Of a stretch of DNA of 64,000 nucleotides, positions 50,022 to 62,642 are shown piece after piece; positions within the stretch are counted from its first letter, which is position 1, and every line of letters begins with the position of its first letter. The position numbers were made by a program, and so were the translations under genes. The stretch spans positions 10,917-74,916 of the forward strand of contig NW_021833433.1 in assembly GCF_006345805.1 (NCBI RefSeq). The letters are read 5' to 3'. The notes under the pieces are model-generated. The model searched no databases. It saw only the letters and a list, made by a program, of their open reading frames with translations, and was not told the origin of the DNA. Source of the DNA: Octopus sinensis. Its lineage: Eukaryota.

Positions 50022-52344
50022 GGGCCAAGCAAGGTCCCTACAGACAGAGAAATAGACAGATACCAATAAACTGAGAGAGAGAGAGAGAGACAGATAGATA
50101 GAGATATATAGAGAGATATGAAGAAAGAGAGAGAGAGGGAGAGAGAGCTGAAGAAACAGAGAGGGAAAGATGAAGAAACAGAAAGAGAGAGAGAAATGGA
50201 GAAACAGAGAGAGAAAGAGATGAAGAAATAGAGAGACAGGCATTGAGAAAGGTAGAGAGATAGAAAGAAAAAAAATTTATGTATGTATGTATGTATGTAT
50301 GTATGGATGGATGGATGGACAGACAGACAAGTGGCTAAATAGATAGAGAGAGGGGGGAGGACAGTCAGATAGATAATTAGATAGAGAGACAGACAGATAG
50401 ATGGATAGAAGGAGAGGGGGGAGCATCTGACAGATGTACAGGTAGATGGACAGCTAGAGATAGAGAGAGAGGGGGGTAGACAGACAGACAGACAGACTGG
50501 CTGATTGATGGACAGACAAGCGAGAGAAACAGACAGACAAAGAAAGTGAGAAAAACATGAGTAACATCAGGGACTCTCCATCCCACGCCACCCCCGCCAC
50601 CCTGCTAACTCATCCCCACCCTCATCCCACCCCACCCACACCCCAAAAACAACACTAACAAGGACAAACAAGTAGATTACAAAATGTACAAAAGAAATGC
50701 ACACAAGAGGGTCTTGTGGGGTGTGGGGGAAAACTGTGAATAAGGGTGGAATTGGGAGGGCTTGCCAGGGGTGGGGGTGGAATGGAGGTGAAGTGGGGTG
50801 GAAAGTTGCTGGTGGCAGGGAAGGGACGGTGAGAAGGATGCTGGGCATCAGGCTGGGGTGAGGTGGTGATGGGGAAGAGAAAGTCCGAGGGTGTGTCGGG
50901 GGGGGGGGGGGTGCAGAGAAGAACACTGATGTAAAAGCAGCAACACAACAACAAACATTCACAAACAAATATTCGCCCCACCCCCACCTTGCCCTCTCCA
51001 CCCTGTTCTCAACACTCATCAGGGCCTTCATTCCCAACACCCCGGCACTACCACCACCACCAAACTCCTCCATATGAGTCAAACCTAACACCTACCCTTC
51101 TCAGACCGGTGGGGTGGGGGGTGGGGCAACTAGTCCCTTTCACCCGAACTCTTACCTAACAAATACCACCACCACTTCCACCATCACCATTTCTTTCTCC
51201 AACATCAAGACCATCATCATCACCATCACCATAACCATCACCTCCAACATCACCAACACCACCATAACCATCACCCCCATCACCATCACCACCACAACCC
51301 CCAAAAGCACCATCACCACCACCATTGCCACCACCACCTCCAGCATCACCATCACTAACATCATCACCATCACTCCTACCCATCATCATCGTCATTTCCT
51401 CGTTAGCCAGCTGCACCCTACACCATCAATTAACTCCTTACATAATCTCAACCAGTTACCCCCTATCTACCCTCACAACCAGTCCCCACTCCCCCACTCC
51501 AACCAGCCCATTCTTCTACAATCTCCCTTTCTGCTGCCCCCCCCCCCGCCAGCCCACCAAGCCCCTTAAAACCTGATCCCAAACCTTGATTAGTTGTAAG
51601 TGCATTGTTTGTCTTTTTACTGTATTACTTGCCAACACCCAAAATCATAAGGGGCTTCAAGGAGGGGATGGAAGAGTAGCAGTAGGAGGAGGACAAGGCA
51701 GAAGATATTCTGAGGGGCTCAGGGGTAGAGGTGGTGGGGTTACATGAGGACTGTAAGGTAGAGCTGAGTTGGGATGACTGGTTGTTGTTACTAAGGTCTT
51801 TGTTAAGTTGCCACAGGCCAGGCCTGTTCAGTAGGCACAGCATATCTAAGAAGACCTTATCTCTAGCTGTCAAGTATCCATCACTGATGAGACCAAGGAA
51901 GATTGAAATGACATGATCTAGTGGTCTTTGTGCTGGAAACAGTGGAGACTTTTTATCTCTTCACTAGCAATATAAATGAGTGCATTTTGTACCAAAAGCC
52001 AATATGAAAGGTTCTCTCGTGGTATCTACCGCAGTATACTTTGTTCTAACAGAACATCCACGTTTAAGTGGTGATAAATATTACCTCTTAGTATTAATTA
52101 ATGCCTCCAATGCTAATAGATATTTTTTAACAAGCTCACTGGCTAATTGTGCCACAAGTGCCTGTTCAGACACTGATGTTCTATATATTGTTAGCTGCTA
52201 TCTCTATTTTATTATTTTTTTTGCAATTTACTTAATCATTGATATTTTATTGTTATTTTAATTTTAATATTTCTATTATATGTAATTTTCTAGATGGTGT
52301 AATTTAATTGTTCCTTTTGAATTGATAAAAGGTGTTTTTTTTTC

Positions 52345-52386
<42 letters not shown>

Positions 52387-52482
52387 TAATCCAAACAAGA
52401 AAGCACAAAAAAACACAGCAACGCGAGGACGTGGAACAAATATAGTATTATTGGCCGCTCAGGAAAGAAGGGAAGAAGGAGG

Positions 52483-52517
52483 GTTTAACGTTTCGAGTGG
52501 AGCTCTTCGTCGGAAAC
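52483..52517 (-). ncRNA. Minimal hammerhead-like motif (U4C variant)
   Basis: Minus strand: GUUU-CCGACGA-A-GAG-CUCCA-CUC-GAA-ACGU-U-AAAC, in a Penelope-like terminal repeat fragment (about 52385-52590). Confidence 0.6.
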
Positions 52518-52705
52518 ATAGTAGAAGGAAAGATCCAGAGAAGGGAAGACAGAGGAAAAAAAATCGCCAACGGTACACACGAGGTCACATATATATTATA
52601 TTGTGTGAAATTTGATTTAGTATTTCTAAATTGAATTTTTTTCCCTGTAAGTTTGGATTTATATTCCCTCAAATAATTATTATAATTACTATATTTATAT
52701 ATATG

Positions 52706-53005
52706 TACTAGCAGTATCGCCCGGCGTTGCTCGGGTTTGTAAGGGAAATAACTATAAAGCATTTTTAGAGAGTTATAGCCAAAAAATAGCAAAATAATGC
52801 ATTAAAAATGGGAAAAAAATTATGGTAAATTTTTTTTTTAAATCGTAGACTCATCGTAGACGTGCGCTAATACCCAGAAGGGCTCGATATGAATCACGAC
52901 TATAAGATACCCACTTTTGGTTACACTGCACCGCAAAATGTGAGAGTAGTTAGGAACCTAAATCGTAGGAGACAGACACACAACTTCACTTTTATATATA
53001 AAGAT
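52706..53005. mobile_element. Helitron/HINE-like non-autonomous element
   Basis: Starts ACTAGCAGTATCGCCCGGCGTTGCTCGGG (CTAG plus a short CCCG/CGGG hairpin) and ends TTTTATATATAAAGAT. A similar start occurs at 835-870. Confidence 0.6.
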
Positions 53006-53317
53006 ATATCTATATGTGTGTGTGTGTATTATATGGTCCACGGACGAGATCCAGAGATTCTCTTTATAGAAGACATTTAATAGGGTACAAAAGAGTCAAA
53101 CATGGACTCCGATGTCTTTACAGGGGATCAACTCCACAAGGTAGAGAAAGGTTATAAGAGGGATCGAGTTGATTGGGCATAGCAGCAATTATGTGGATAA
53201 ACAAATTAGATACATTAAACATATTAAATATAATAGTTTGGGTATGAAATACAAAATTTATATATATGTATACATGCAAAACAAGAGAAGGCAAAAGGTG
53301 GAAGCGTTCATAATACT

Positions 53318-53528
53318 CTCTCTCTTTTACTTGTTTCAGTCATTTGACTGCAGCCATGCTAGAGCACCGCCTTTAATCGAGCAACACGACCCCGGGACTT
53401 ATTCTTTGTAAGCCCAGTACTTATTCTATCGGTCTCTTTTGCCAAACTGCTAAGTGACGGGGACGTAAACACACCAGCATCGGTTGTCAAGCAATGCTAG
53501 GGGGACAAACACAGACACACAAACACAC

Positions 53529-53569
<41 letters not shown>

Positions 53570-53731
53570 ACGGGCTTCTTTCAGTTTCCGTCTACCAAAT
53601 CCACTCACAAGACTTTGGTCGGCCCGAGGCTATAGTAGAAGACACTTGCCCAAGGTGCCACGCAGTGGGAACGAACCCGGAACCATGTGGTTGGTAAGCA
53701 AGCTACTTACCACACAGCCACTCCTGCGCCT
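53318..53731 (-). mobile_element. CORE-type SINE family B
   Basis: Full-length reverse-complement match. A 5' half copy lies at 54177-54330 (+). Confidence 0.85.
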
Positions 53732-54360
53732 AATGATAAATTTTTAAGTATAAATATGCTAAAATAAATAAACCTATCATCATCATCATCATCATTTAAC
53801 TTCTGCTTTCCATGCTGGCATGGGTTGGACGATTTGACTGAGGACTGGCGAACCAGATGGCTGCACCAGGCTCCAATCTGATCTGGGAGAGTTTCTACAG
53901 CTGGATGCCCTTCCAAACGCCAACCACCCTGAGAGTGTAGTGGGTGCTTTTATGTGCCACTGGCACGAGGGCCAATCAGGTGGTACTGGCAATGGCCATG
54001 CTTAATTGGTGTTTTTTTTACATGCCATCTGCACAGGAGCCAGTCCATCGGCACTGGCAACGACCTCGTTCAAATGTTTTTTCACGTGCCAGTAAGGCGA
54101 CGCTGGTAATGATCACGCTCGAATGGTGCTCTTTACGTGCCACCGGCACATATGTGCACCATATATATTGTACAGGCATAGCTGTGTGGTAAGTAGCTTG
54201 CTTCCCAACCACATGGTTCCGGGTTCAGTCCCACTGCATGGCACCTTGGGCAAGTGTGTTCTACTATAGCTTCAAGCTAACCAAAGCTTTGTGAGTGGCT
54301 TTGGTAGATAGAAACTGAAAGAAGCTCAGTGTGTGTGTATGTGCATATATATATATCTGT

Positions 54361-54495
54361 AGAATAATATGTGACAATTACTCAATAGCCAAGATAAAAC
54401 TCTGAGTTTCAGATGCCGAGGTGGAAATCCACAACACCATCTCTTCGGTTATCTAGTTTTATCTTGGCTATTGAATAATTGTCACATATTATTCT
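54361..54495. repeat. Inverted repeat (41-bp arms, one mismatch) from inverted partial duplication
   Basis: Arms 54361-54401 and 54455-54495. The same family is colinear, without inversion, at 59574-59740. Confidence 0.88.
54392..54454 (-). ncRNA. Hammerhead-like motif (U4C variant)
   Basis: Minus strand: AGAUAA-CCGAAGA-GAUG...CAUC-U-GAA-ACUC-A-GAGU-U-UUAUCU. Helix I has 6 perfect pairs. Confidence 0.6.
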
Positions 54496-54693
54496 ACAGA
54501 TAAATTTCCTCTATTTACATAATATTGAGGTCTCTTTCTTTCTTTTGTTATCTTACCATTTTTACCAATATATATACATATATATATATATATATAACGG
54601 GAAGCTTTATGAAAATAAACAAAAGACGAAGGCAGGTGGAGTACAAACAAACAATTGTATTAGTATGACGCTCAGGAATATAAATAAAACAAG

Positions 54694-54731
54694 TCTTTTA
54701 CGTTTCGAGCCTACGCTCTTCAACAGAAAGA
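54694..54731 (-). ncRNA. Minimal hammerhead-like motif (A6U variant)
   Basis: Minus strand: UCUUU-CUGUUGA-A-GAGC-GUAG-GCUC-GAA-ACGU-A-AAAGA. Confidence 0.65.
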
Positions 54732-54892
54732 TACACAGAAAAGAAACATGGAGAGAAACAAGGAGAGAAAAAAAATGCGTGCAGAGGCTAGCGATTCAAC
54801 ATGGCGATCTGATTCCGGCCAGAAGTCAGAGATCAAACGTGAGACGCAAGAGCGAAAATAGGGGATATATATATATATATGTATATATATTG

Positions 54893-54956
<64 letters not shown>

Positions 54957-55444
54957 GGATAGATTCAGATGAATATGGTACTAAAGTTGAGGAACCAGAA
55001 TTCAGTATGGTATTATCCATAAAATTTCAAAATAAGGTGATTAAAATCAAAATAAGCAACTAGGATATCAAGAGGTAATGCAGTACGATTGTTTCATGCA
55101 ACTCCATTTAATTGAACAATGCAATCATTTCATTACATCAATTTAAAATGGAGATTGCTCTACATTTGTTTTGAAATTATGAAATTGTTTGATTATTGTA
55201 AATTACTACGTGTTTATCCCTGCCATCACTGCCAGACAACCAGTGTTGGCGAGTTTATGTCGGCTGTAACGTAGTGGTTTGGCAAAAGAGACCGATAGAA
55301 TAAATACAAGGCTTTACAAAAATAAGTCCTAGAGTTGATTTGTTCGACTAAAAAACGAAATCGCTTTGAAGTGTTGCTCCAGCATGGCCCCAGTCAAATG
55401 ACTGAAACAAGTAAAGGAACAAAAGAATGAAAGAATAATGATAT

Positions 55445-57410
55445 CGTGTGTGTGTGTGTGTATGTGTGCACGTGTGTGTGTGTGCACGCGTGTATGTATG
55501 TGTGTGTGTGTGTGTGTATGTGTGCACGTGTGTGTGTGTATGTGTGCACGCGTGTATGTGTGTGTGCACGCGTGTATGTATGTGTGTGTGTGTGTGTGTA
55601 TGTGTGCACGTGTGTGTGTGTGTGTGTGCACGCGTGTATGTGTGTGTGCACGCGTGTATGTATGTGTGTGTGTGTCGTGTGTTGTGTTTGTGTGTGCGTG
55701 TGTATGTGTGTGCTGCACGTGTATGTGGTGCGTGTGTGTGCACACGTGTGTATGTGTGTGTGTGCACACGTGTATGTATGTGTGTGGCACACGTGTATAA
55801 TGTGTGTGTGCATGTGTGCGTGTATGTGGTGTATGTGTATGTGTGTGTGTAGTGTGTGTATGTGTGTATGTGTGTATGTGTGTGTGTGTATGTGCGTGTG
55901 TGTGGTGTGCGTTGTATGTGTGCGCACGTGTACTATGTGTGTGTGTGCGTGTGGTGTGCACACGTGATGTATGTGTGGTGTGCACACGTGTATGTATGTG
56001 TGTGGTGGTGTACACGTATGTATGTGTGTGCACAGTGTATATATGTGTGATATGGTGTGTGTAGTGGTGTATGTGTGTATGTGTGTGTGTGTATGTGTGT
56101 GTATGTGTGTGTGTATTTGTGTGTATGTGTGTGTGTGTATGTGTGTGTGTGTGTGTGTGCGGTAGCTACATCCATTGGGCTCTGTTAATCACAAAAAAAA
56201 CAGTAGAATGGTTGTAGATATTGCTGATGGTAAAAGAGAGGATGGTGAGGGTGATGGTGATGGTGGTGGTGGGGGTGGGTATTAATTAATTGTTTAATTA
56301 TCTGTTCAGATAACGACCTCACTGCAATTACTTCTATTTAGCAAGAATGAGCCTCCCCTACTACCGCCATCACCACCATCCCCAATCATCCCCACACTAC
56401 AACTACCACCACCACCATACCGTAACCCCACTGCTACCACTACTCTTACCAGCACCAGCAGCACAACCACCACCAGTACTGCAGCCAAAACACTCCATTA
56501 CCACCAGTACTGCAACCAAAACATTCCACCACCACCAGTACTGCAACCAAAATACTCCACTACCAGTACTGCAACCACCACACTCCACAATCACCACCAC
56601 CACCATCACTGTATTGTATCTCTACTACTTCCACTACTTTTACCAACACCACCAGTACTACAACCAACACACTCTGCCACTGCCACCACCAACAGTATTA
56701 CTATGCCGAATGGATGATACGCCACCAATACTACACTCACCACTACCACCACAACTACACCATGACCACTACCACCATCACAACTACAGCCATCACTGCT
56801 ACCACCACCAAAACCACCATCAGAACTATCACCTTCACAACTACAACCTTCTCCACCACTACCACCATGACCACTATAACCTTCATAACTACAACCATCA
56901 CCACCACTACCACCACCACAACCACCATCACCACTATAACCTTCACAACTACAACCATCACCACCACTACCACTACCACCACCACAACCACCATCACCAC
57001 TATAACCTTCACAACTACAACCATCACCACCACTGCCACCACCACAACCACCATCACCACTATCAGCATCACAACTACAACCATCACCACCACTGCCACA
57101 ACCACCACCACAAGTACAATCACCATCACTAGCATCACTACCACCCCAACCACCACCGCCACTACAACTGCTCTCATTGGCACCACCACTACCACCACAA
57201 CTACAACCATCACCACCACTACCACTACCACCACCACAACCACCATCACCACTATAACCTTCATAACTACAACCATCACCACCACTACCACCAAAATACC
57301 ACTATCATAATATCACTACTCTCACCACCACCACCACCACCACCACCACCATTATCACACCATCCCTACACCACCACCACTACCATCACCACAATCACCA
57401 TCCCCCCCCC
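55445..57410. repeat. (TG)n field (55445-56160) and (ACC/ACT)n field (56340-57410)
   Basis: Direct inspection. Similar trinucleotide fields at 7480-8400, 18760-19200 and 32400-37450. Confidence 0.92.
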
Positions 57411-57796
57411 CCCAACTCCTATGCAGTAATTAACAATAACCAAACAATTTCATAATTTCAAAAAAATGAAAAAAATGAAAAATTTTTCCAGAACATTCTT
57501 CACATATTTTTCTTTCTTCTGTTATTTTTTTTTGGCTTTGTTTTTTTGAGTTTTTTTTTTTTCCTTTTATTTGCATAGCTATTGTTGTTATTGTTCAGAA
57601 GTTTCCAACAAAATTATTTAGATTTTCCAATTATTTGCTTTTCATTTTTTTCTGACAAAAAAAAAATATTTTGTTAAGTTTAATAATAATATCATCATCA
57701 TCATCATCTTCATCGTCATCATCTTCATCGTCATAATTATTTTATATCTGCTTTCTATGCTGGCATGAGTCGGCTGAGTGGTTACAGTCTGTCAAC

Positions 57797-58340
57797 TACC
57801 GCTCTATGTCATGCTGGTGAGACCCATATTGGAGTACGGGATTCAAGCCTCTTCTCCTTATCTCCTCAAAGACATACAGCATCTCGAAAGAGTCCAGAAG
57901 CTGGCTACCCGCATGGTTCATGGTCTCAAGCATTTGTCTTATGAAGAAAGGCTGAAGACGCTCGACCTTTATTCTCTAGAAAAACGCTGCCGCCGTGGTG
58001 ATCTCGTTCTTGCTCACAACATCATAAGCGGAAAATGTAACCTCTCGAAAGAGCTGTTCTTCACTCCTGATCTAGAGCGTTGGCTGTGGGGTCACTCCGA
58101 AAAGCTCTATCTGCGACGATTTCATCTCAATCGAAGGAGAGGGGCTTTCTCCGTCCGGGTTGCGGATCCGTGGAATAAGCTGCCGGACAGGATGGTGAAG
58201 ATGCCGACGACCGCTCGGTTCAAAGTCTCCCTTGACCACAAGTGGCCTGAACTCTTTACATGAACACCACCCTGTACATAACTCCATGTCACCCTACATG
58301 GCCTTGCTATTTGCTTTTGAGCCAAAAATTAACTAACTAA
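57797..58340 (+). mobile_element. CR1-clade LINE 3' fragment (same family as 8893-9250)
   Basis: LYVMLVRPILEYG...LERVQKLATRMV..LKHLSYEERLKTLDLYSLEKR..RGDL...WNKLP, with a (TAAC)n tail. Confidence 0.92.
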
Positions 58341-58373
58341 TGATTGAATCATGTTTATATCATCAACATCATA

Positions 58374-58745
58374 GGCGCAGGAGAGGCTGTGTGGTAAGTA
58401 GCTTGCTTACCAATCACATGGTTCCGGGTTCAGTCCCACTGCGTGGCACCTTGGGCAAGTGTCTTTTACTATAGCCTCAGGCCAACCAAAGCCTTGTCAG
58501 TGGATTTGGTAGACGGAAACTGAAAGAAGCTCATGGTATATATGTATATATATATTAAGTGTGTGTATATGTTTGTGTGTCTGTTTGCCCCCCAACATCA
58601 CTTAACAACCGATGGTGGTGTGTTTACGTACCCATAACTTAGCAGTTTGGCAAAAGAGACCGATAAAATAAGTACTAGGCTTCCCAAGATTAAGTCCTGG
58701 AGTCGATTTGCTCGACTAACGGCGGTGCTCCAGCATAGCCGTAGT
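58374..58745 (+). mobile_element. CORE-type SINE family B
   Basis: Full-length match. Confidence 0.85.
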
Positions 58746-59573
58746 CAAAGGACACATTAGATAATGAAGTCCTAGATACATTATGTCTGAATAAAAGACA
58801 GGATGGTCACAGCTGGAACACCTTTGATCATAGGTCTGCTGGACATGAATGACCAGGACACAATAAACAGTGTAGTCCTAGATACACTGTCTCTAGATAA
58901 AAGACAGAAAGGATCCATGGATCATGGATTTTCTGGATGGAGACTGACCTGGGGCTAAACTAGAAAGAGGAAAACTGTAAATAATGCAGAAGTAAATAAA
59001 ACAGAAGCCAACGGGATACGTACCAGGCTTATTTGACTAAAATTTCTTGAAGGCAGTGCCCTGCCATGACCACAGTCTAATGATTGATACAAGTAATAGA
59101 CAGCAAAGAAAAAAGCGATAAACCGCTAAGCATTTCGTCCGGTGTGCTAATGTTTCTTATTTCTTTATTGCTCACAAGGAGCTGAACATAGAGGGGACAA
59201 ACAAGGACAGACAAACGGATTAAGTCGATTATATTGACCCAGTTTGAATAAAAGACAGGATGGTCATGGGTGGAACATTTTCCAAAGTACAGACAAAGGG
59301 TAATAAAAACAACAACAATAATTTGTACAACAGAAAATGATGATAAAATCAGCTTTGAATACAGAACATAAGTCTAAAGGCAAAATGGTAAAAAAAGGAA
59401 AAGGGTTAAAATGGTACCTTATGCTCTCTTGGGATTCTCTACAGCTGTCAACATCCCTGAAAATAGAAAGAATGGAATGATGTTAAAATTCAGTGGATTT
59501 AGTTATGCTTGTAATGTTCCACACACCATCTTAATATATAACGATATTTTTTCATAGCGTTTTTCAGATGGCC

Positions 59574-59636
59574 AGATAACCGAAGAGATGGTGTTGTGGA
59601 TTCCCACTTCGGCATCTGAAACTCAGAGTTTTATCT
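59574..59636 (+). ncRNA. Hammerhead-like motif (same family as 54392-54454)
   Basis: AGAUAA-CCGAAGA-GAUG..GUGG/CCAC..CAUC-U-GAA-ACUC-A-GAGU-U-UUAUCU. Confidence 0.6.
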
Positions 59637-60060
59637 TGACTACTGAGTAATTGTAACATATTACTTTACAGATAAATTTCCTCTATTTACATAATATTGA
59701 GGTCTTTTTCTTTCTTTTGTTATCTTACCATTTTTACCAATATATATATATATATATATATATAATGTATGTATGTGTGTGTATATATATATTTGTTTCT
59801 TTATTACCCACAAGGGCTAAACATAGAGGGGACAGACAAGGACAGACAGACGGATTAAGTCAATTACATCGACCCCAGTGCATAACTGGTACTTCTTTAA
59901 TCGACCCCCGAAAGGATGAAGGGCAAAGTCGACCTCGGCGGAATTTGAACTCAGAACGTAATGGCAGACGAAATATGGCTACGCATTTCGCCCGGCGTGC
60001 TAATGATTCTGCCAGCTCGCCGCCTATATATATATTGTGTATATATATATTATCGATTGT

Positions 60061-60105
60061 CATGCGCTGACGACGGATATATACCCAGAAACCCAGGTCC
60101 GTGCG
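60061..60105 (+). ncRNA. Type I hammerhead ribozyme-like motif, canonical core and GUC site
   Basis: CAUGCG-CUGACGA-CGGAUAUAUACCCA-GAA-ACCCAGGU-C-CGUGCG. Confidence 0.72.
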
Positions 60106-60319
60106 TATCACACCAGGTTGACGATGGGCAGGATGGCTTCCCTTTGCAAATACTGATAGGGCACAGAAAGTGTGTCAATAGCCAGCTGGATAAGATGTTC
60201 TCCTGGGGCTACAAGCTACAGTAGCATCCACCCTTAGTGGTTAGCCACATTTAAGTGGCAAATATACTTCACATTGTCGTGCAGCTACTGTTTATACCTC
60301 GTTCAGAGATTTATTATTG

Positions 60320-60353
<34 letters not shown>

Positions 60354-61261
60354 TTCAGCAACAATTTAGATTCAAATGAATATGGTACTTAATTTAGATG
60401 CACCAGAATTTTGTATGGTGTTACCCATAAAAATCTGCTGTAATATTTACAGCTTTTAATAAAATGTTGTAGTATGAAACAATTGTACTAAATTACCGGA
60501 TCCATTCTTGTTGCTTATTTTTATATATATATATGTTGAAAAATATCATTATAGGTATAAATATACCATAAAAAATTACAGAAAAATGGAGGAGAAAAAG
60601 ATGTTGAATCAAAATTAGATTTAATACAAAATAGGATTCAATACATATGCACATTTCAAAGGACAATACAAATATGTAAGAAAAAATTGTAATCATAGTA
60701 ATTATAATCAAATTTATGCATTATCATTTTCATCAGAGTGGGGAATTTTTGTAAGGACATCAAAAAAGGTTTAATAAAATAAAGTAAATTAAAATAAGGT
60801 ACAACAAGGGAGAATACAAATGGGGTAATAGGAAAAAACATTGGATATTTACAAGCAAGTTGTAAAAGGGGATAAAATAACATTAATAATAATAGTAAGG
60901 GAGACGAAAGAGTAAAAAAAAATGGAAAAAGACTGACATATCAATGTGTATGCATGTCTATATGCTAACGGGTATGTTTAAAAAAATGGTAACAGGTTGA
61001 GACAAAGTATACTAAACAGGGCCACATGTGAATGGTAGTATATAACATAACATGTGGACTAGTAGAAAAAAAAACCATAGACAGTTATGCATAAGCATAT
61101 TAATATTGGAAAAACGTAAATATATATATTTTTTTTTGTACACGAGGCCAAAAAGTGATAGGTGAGAGAAAAGTTATGATATTAAAGTAAAAAATATACA
61201 TAAATGCAGAGAAAAAAACAAAGAGAACTTGACAAGGAAAAAACATCAATCAGACAAGACC

Positions 61262-61642
61262 AGTCATTTGACTGCGGTCATGCTGGAGCACAATCTTTAG
61301 TCGAGACAATCGACCCCAGGACTTATTCTTTGTAAGCCTAGTACTTATTCTATCGGTCTCTTTTGCCGAACCGCTAAGTTACGGGGACGTAAACACACCA
61401 GCTTCGGTTGTCAAGCAATGCTAGGGGGACAAACACAGACACACAAACACACACACTTAATATATATATACATATATACGACAGGCTTCTTTCAGTTTCC
61501 GTCTACCAAATCCACTCACAAGGCATTGGTCGGCCCGACGCTATAGTAGAAGACACTTGCCCAAGGTGCCACACAGTGGGACTGAACCCGGAACCATGTG
61601 ATTGGTAAAGAAGCTACTTACCACACAGCCGCTCCTGCGCCT
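61262..61642 (-). mobile_element. CORE-type SINE family B
   Basis: Full-length match, inverted relative to copy 62231-62642 (+). Confidence 0.85.
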
Positions 61643-62230
61643 ATGTATATGTATATTTTTTTTACACGAGGCCAAAAAGTGATAGGTAAGACTATGCTAG
61701 AGAAAAGTTACGATATGAAAAGTAAAATTTGCTGCAGAAAGTGGTCTATATTAAAGGCGTCAAGCTGGCAGAATCGTTAGCACACGGGGCAAAATGCTTA
61801 GTGGTATTTCGTCTGCTACTACGTTCTGAGTTCAAATTCCGCCAAAGTCAACTTTGCCTTTCATCCTTTCGGGGTCGATTAAATAAGTACCAGTTACACA
61901 CTGGGGTCGATATAATCGACTTAATCCATTTGTCTGTCCTTGTTTGTCCTCTCTGTGTTTAGCCCCTTGTAGGTAGTAAAGAAATAGGTATTTCATCTGT
62001 CGCTACGTTCTGAGTTCGAATTCCACCGAGGTCGACTTTGCCTTTCATCCTTTCAGGATCAATTAAATAAGAAAGCGGTCTATATTTGTGGTGGTGAGGG
62101 GGTCACTAGAAATGTGGCCTGGGTGCCAAGGGGGCAGCAGCCTGAAAAAGTTTGGGAACTACTGCTCTAGAGGAATGGATAGATTAACAGAACAACAGAA
62201 AGCCAGAAAAAAAAATTACATATATATATA

Positions 62231-62642
62231 GGCACAGGAGAGGCTGTGTGGTAAGTAGCTTGTTTACCAACCACATGGTTCCGGGTTCAGTCCCACTGCG
62301 TGGCACCTTGGGCAAGTGTCTTCTGCTATAGCCCCGGGCCAACCAATGCCTTGTGAGTGGATTTGGTAGATGGAAACTGAAAGAAGCCTGTCGTATATAT
62401 GTATATATATATATATATATATATGTGTATGTGTGTGTGTGTTTGTGTTTGCCCACCCAACGTTGCTTGACAACCGATGCTGGTGTGTTTACGTCCCCGT
62501 CACTTAGCGGTTCGGCAAAAGAGACCGATAGAATAAGTACTGGGCTTACAAAGAATAAGTCTTGGGGTCGATTTGCTCGACTAAAGGTGGTGCTCCAGCA
62601 TGGCAACAGTCAAATGACTGAAACAAGTAAAAGAGTAAAAGA
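62231..62642 (+). mobile_element. CORE-type SINE family B
   Basis: Full-length match. Confidence 0.85.

Noticed and set aside
51884-51920. CTGATGA-GACC...GATT-GAAATGACATG
   Set aside because: Helix II is mismatched, position 17 would be G, and helix I does not close.
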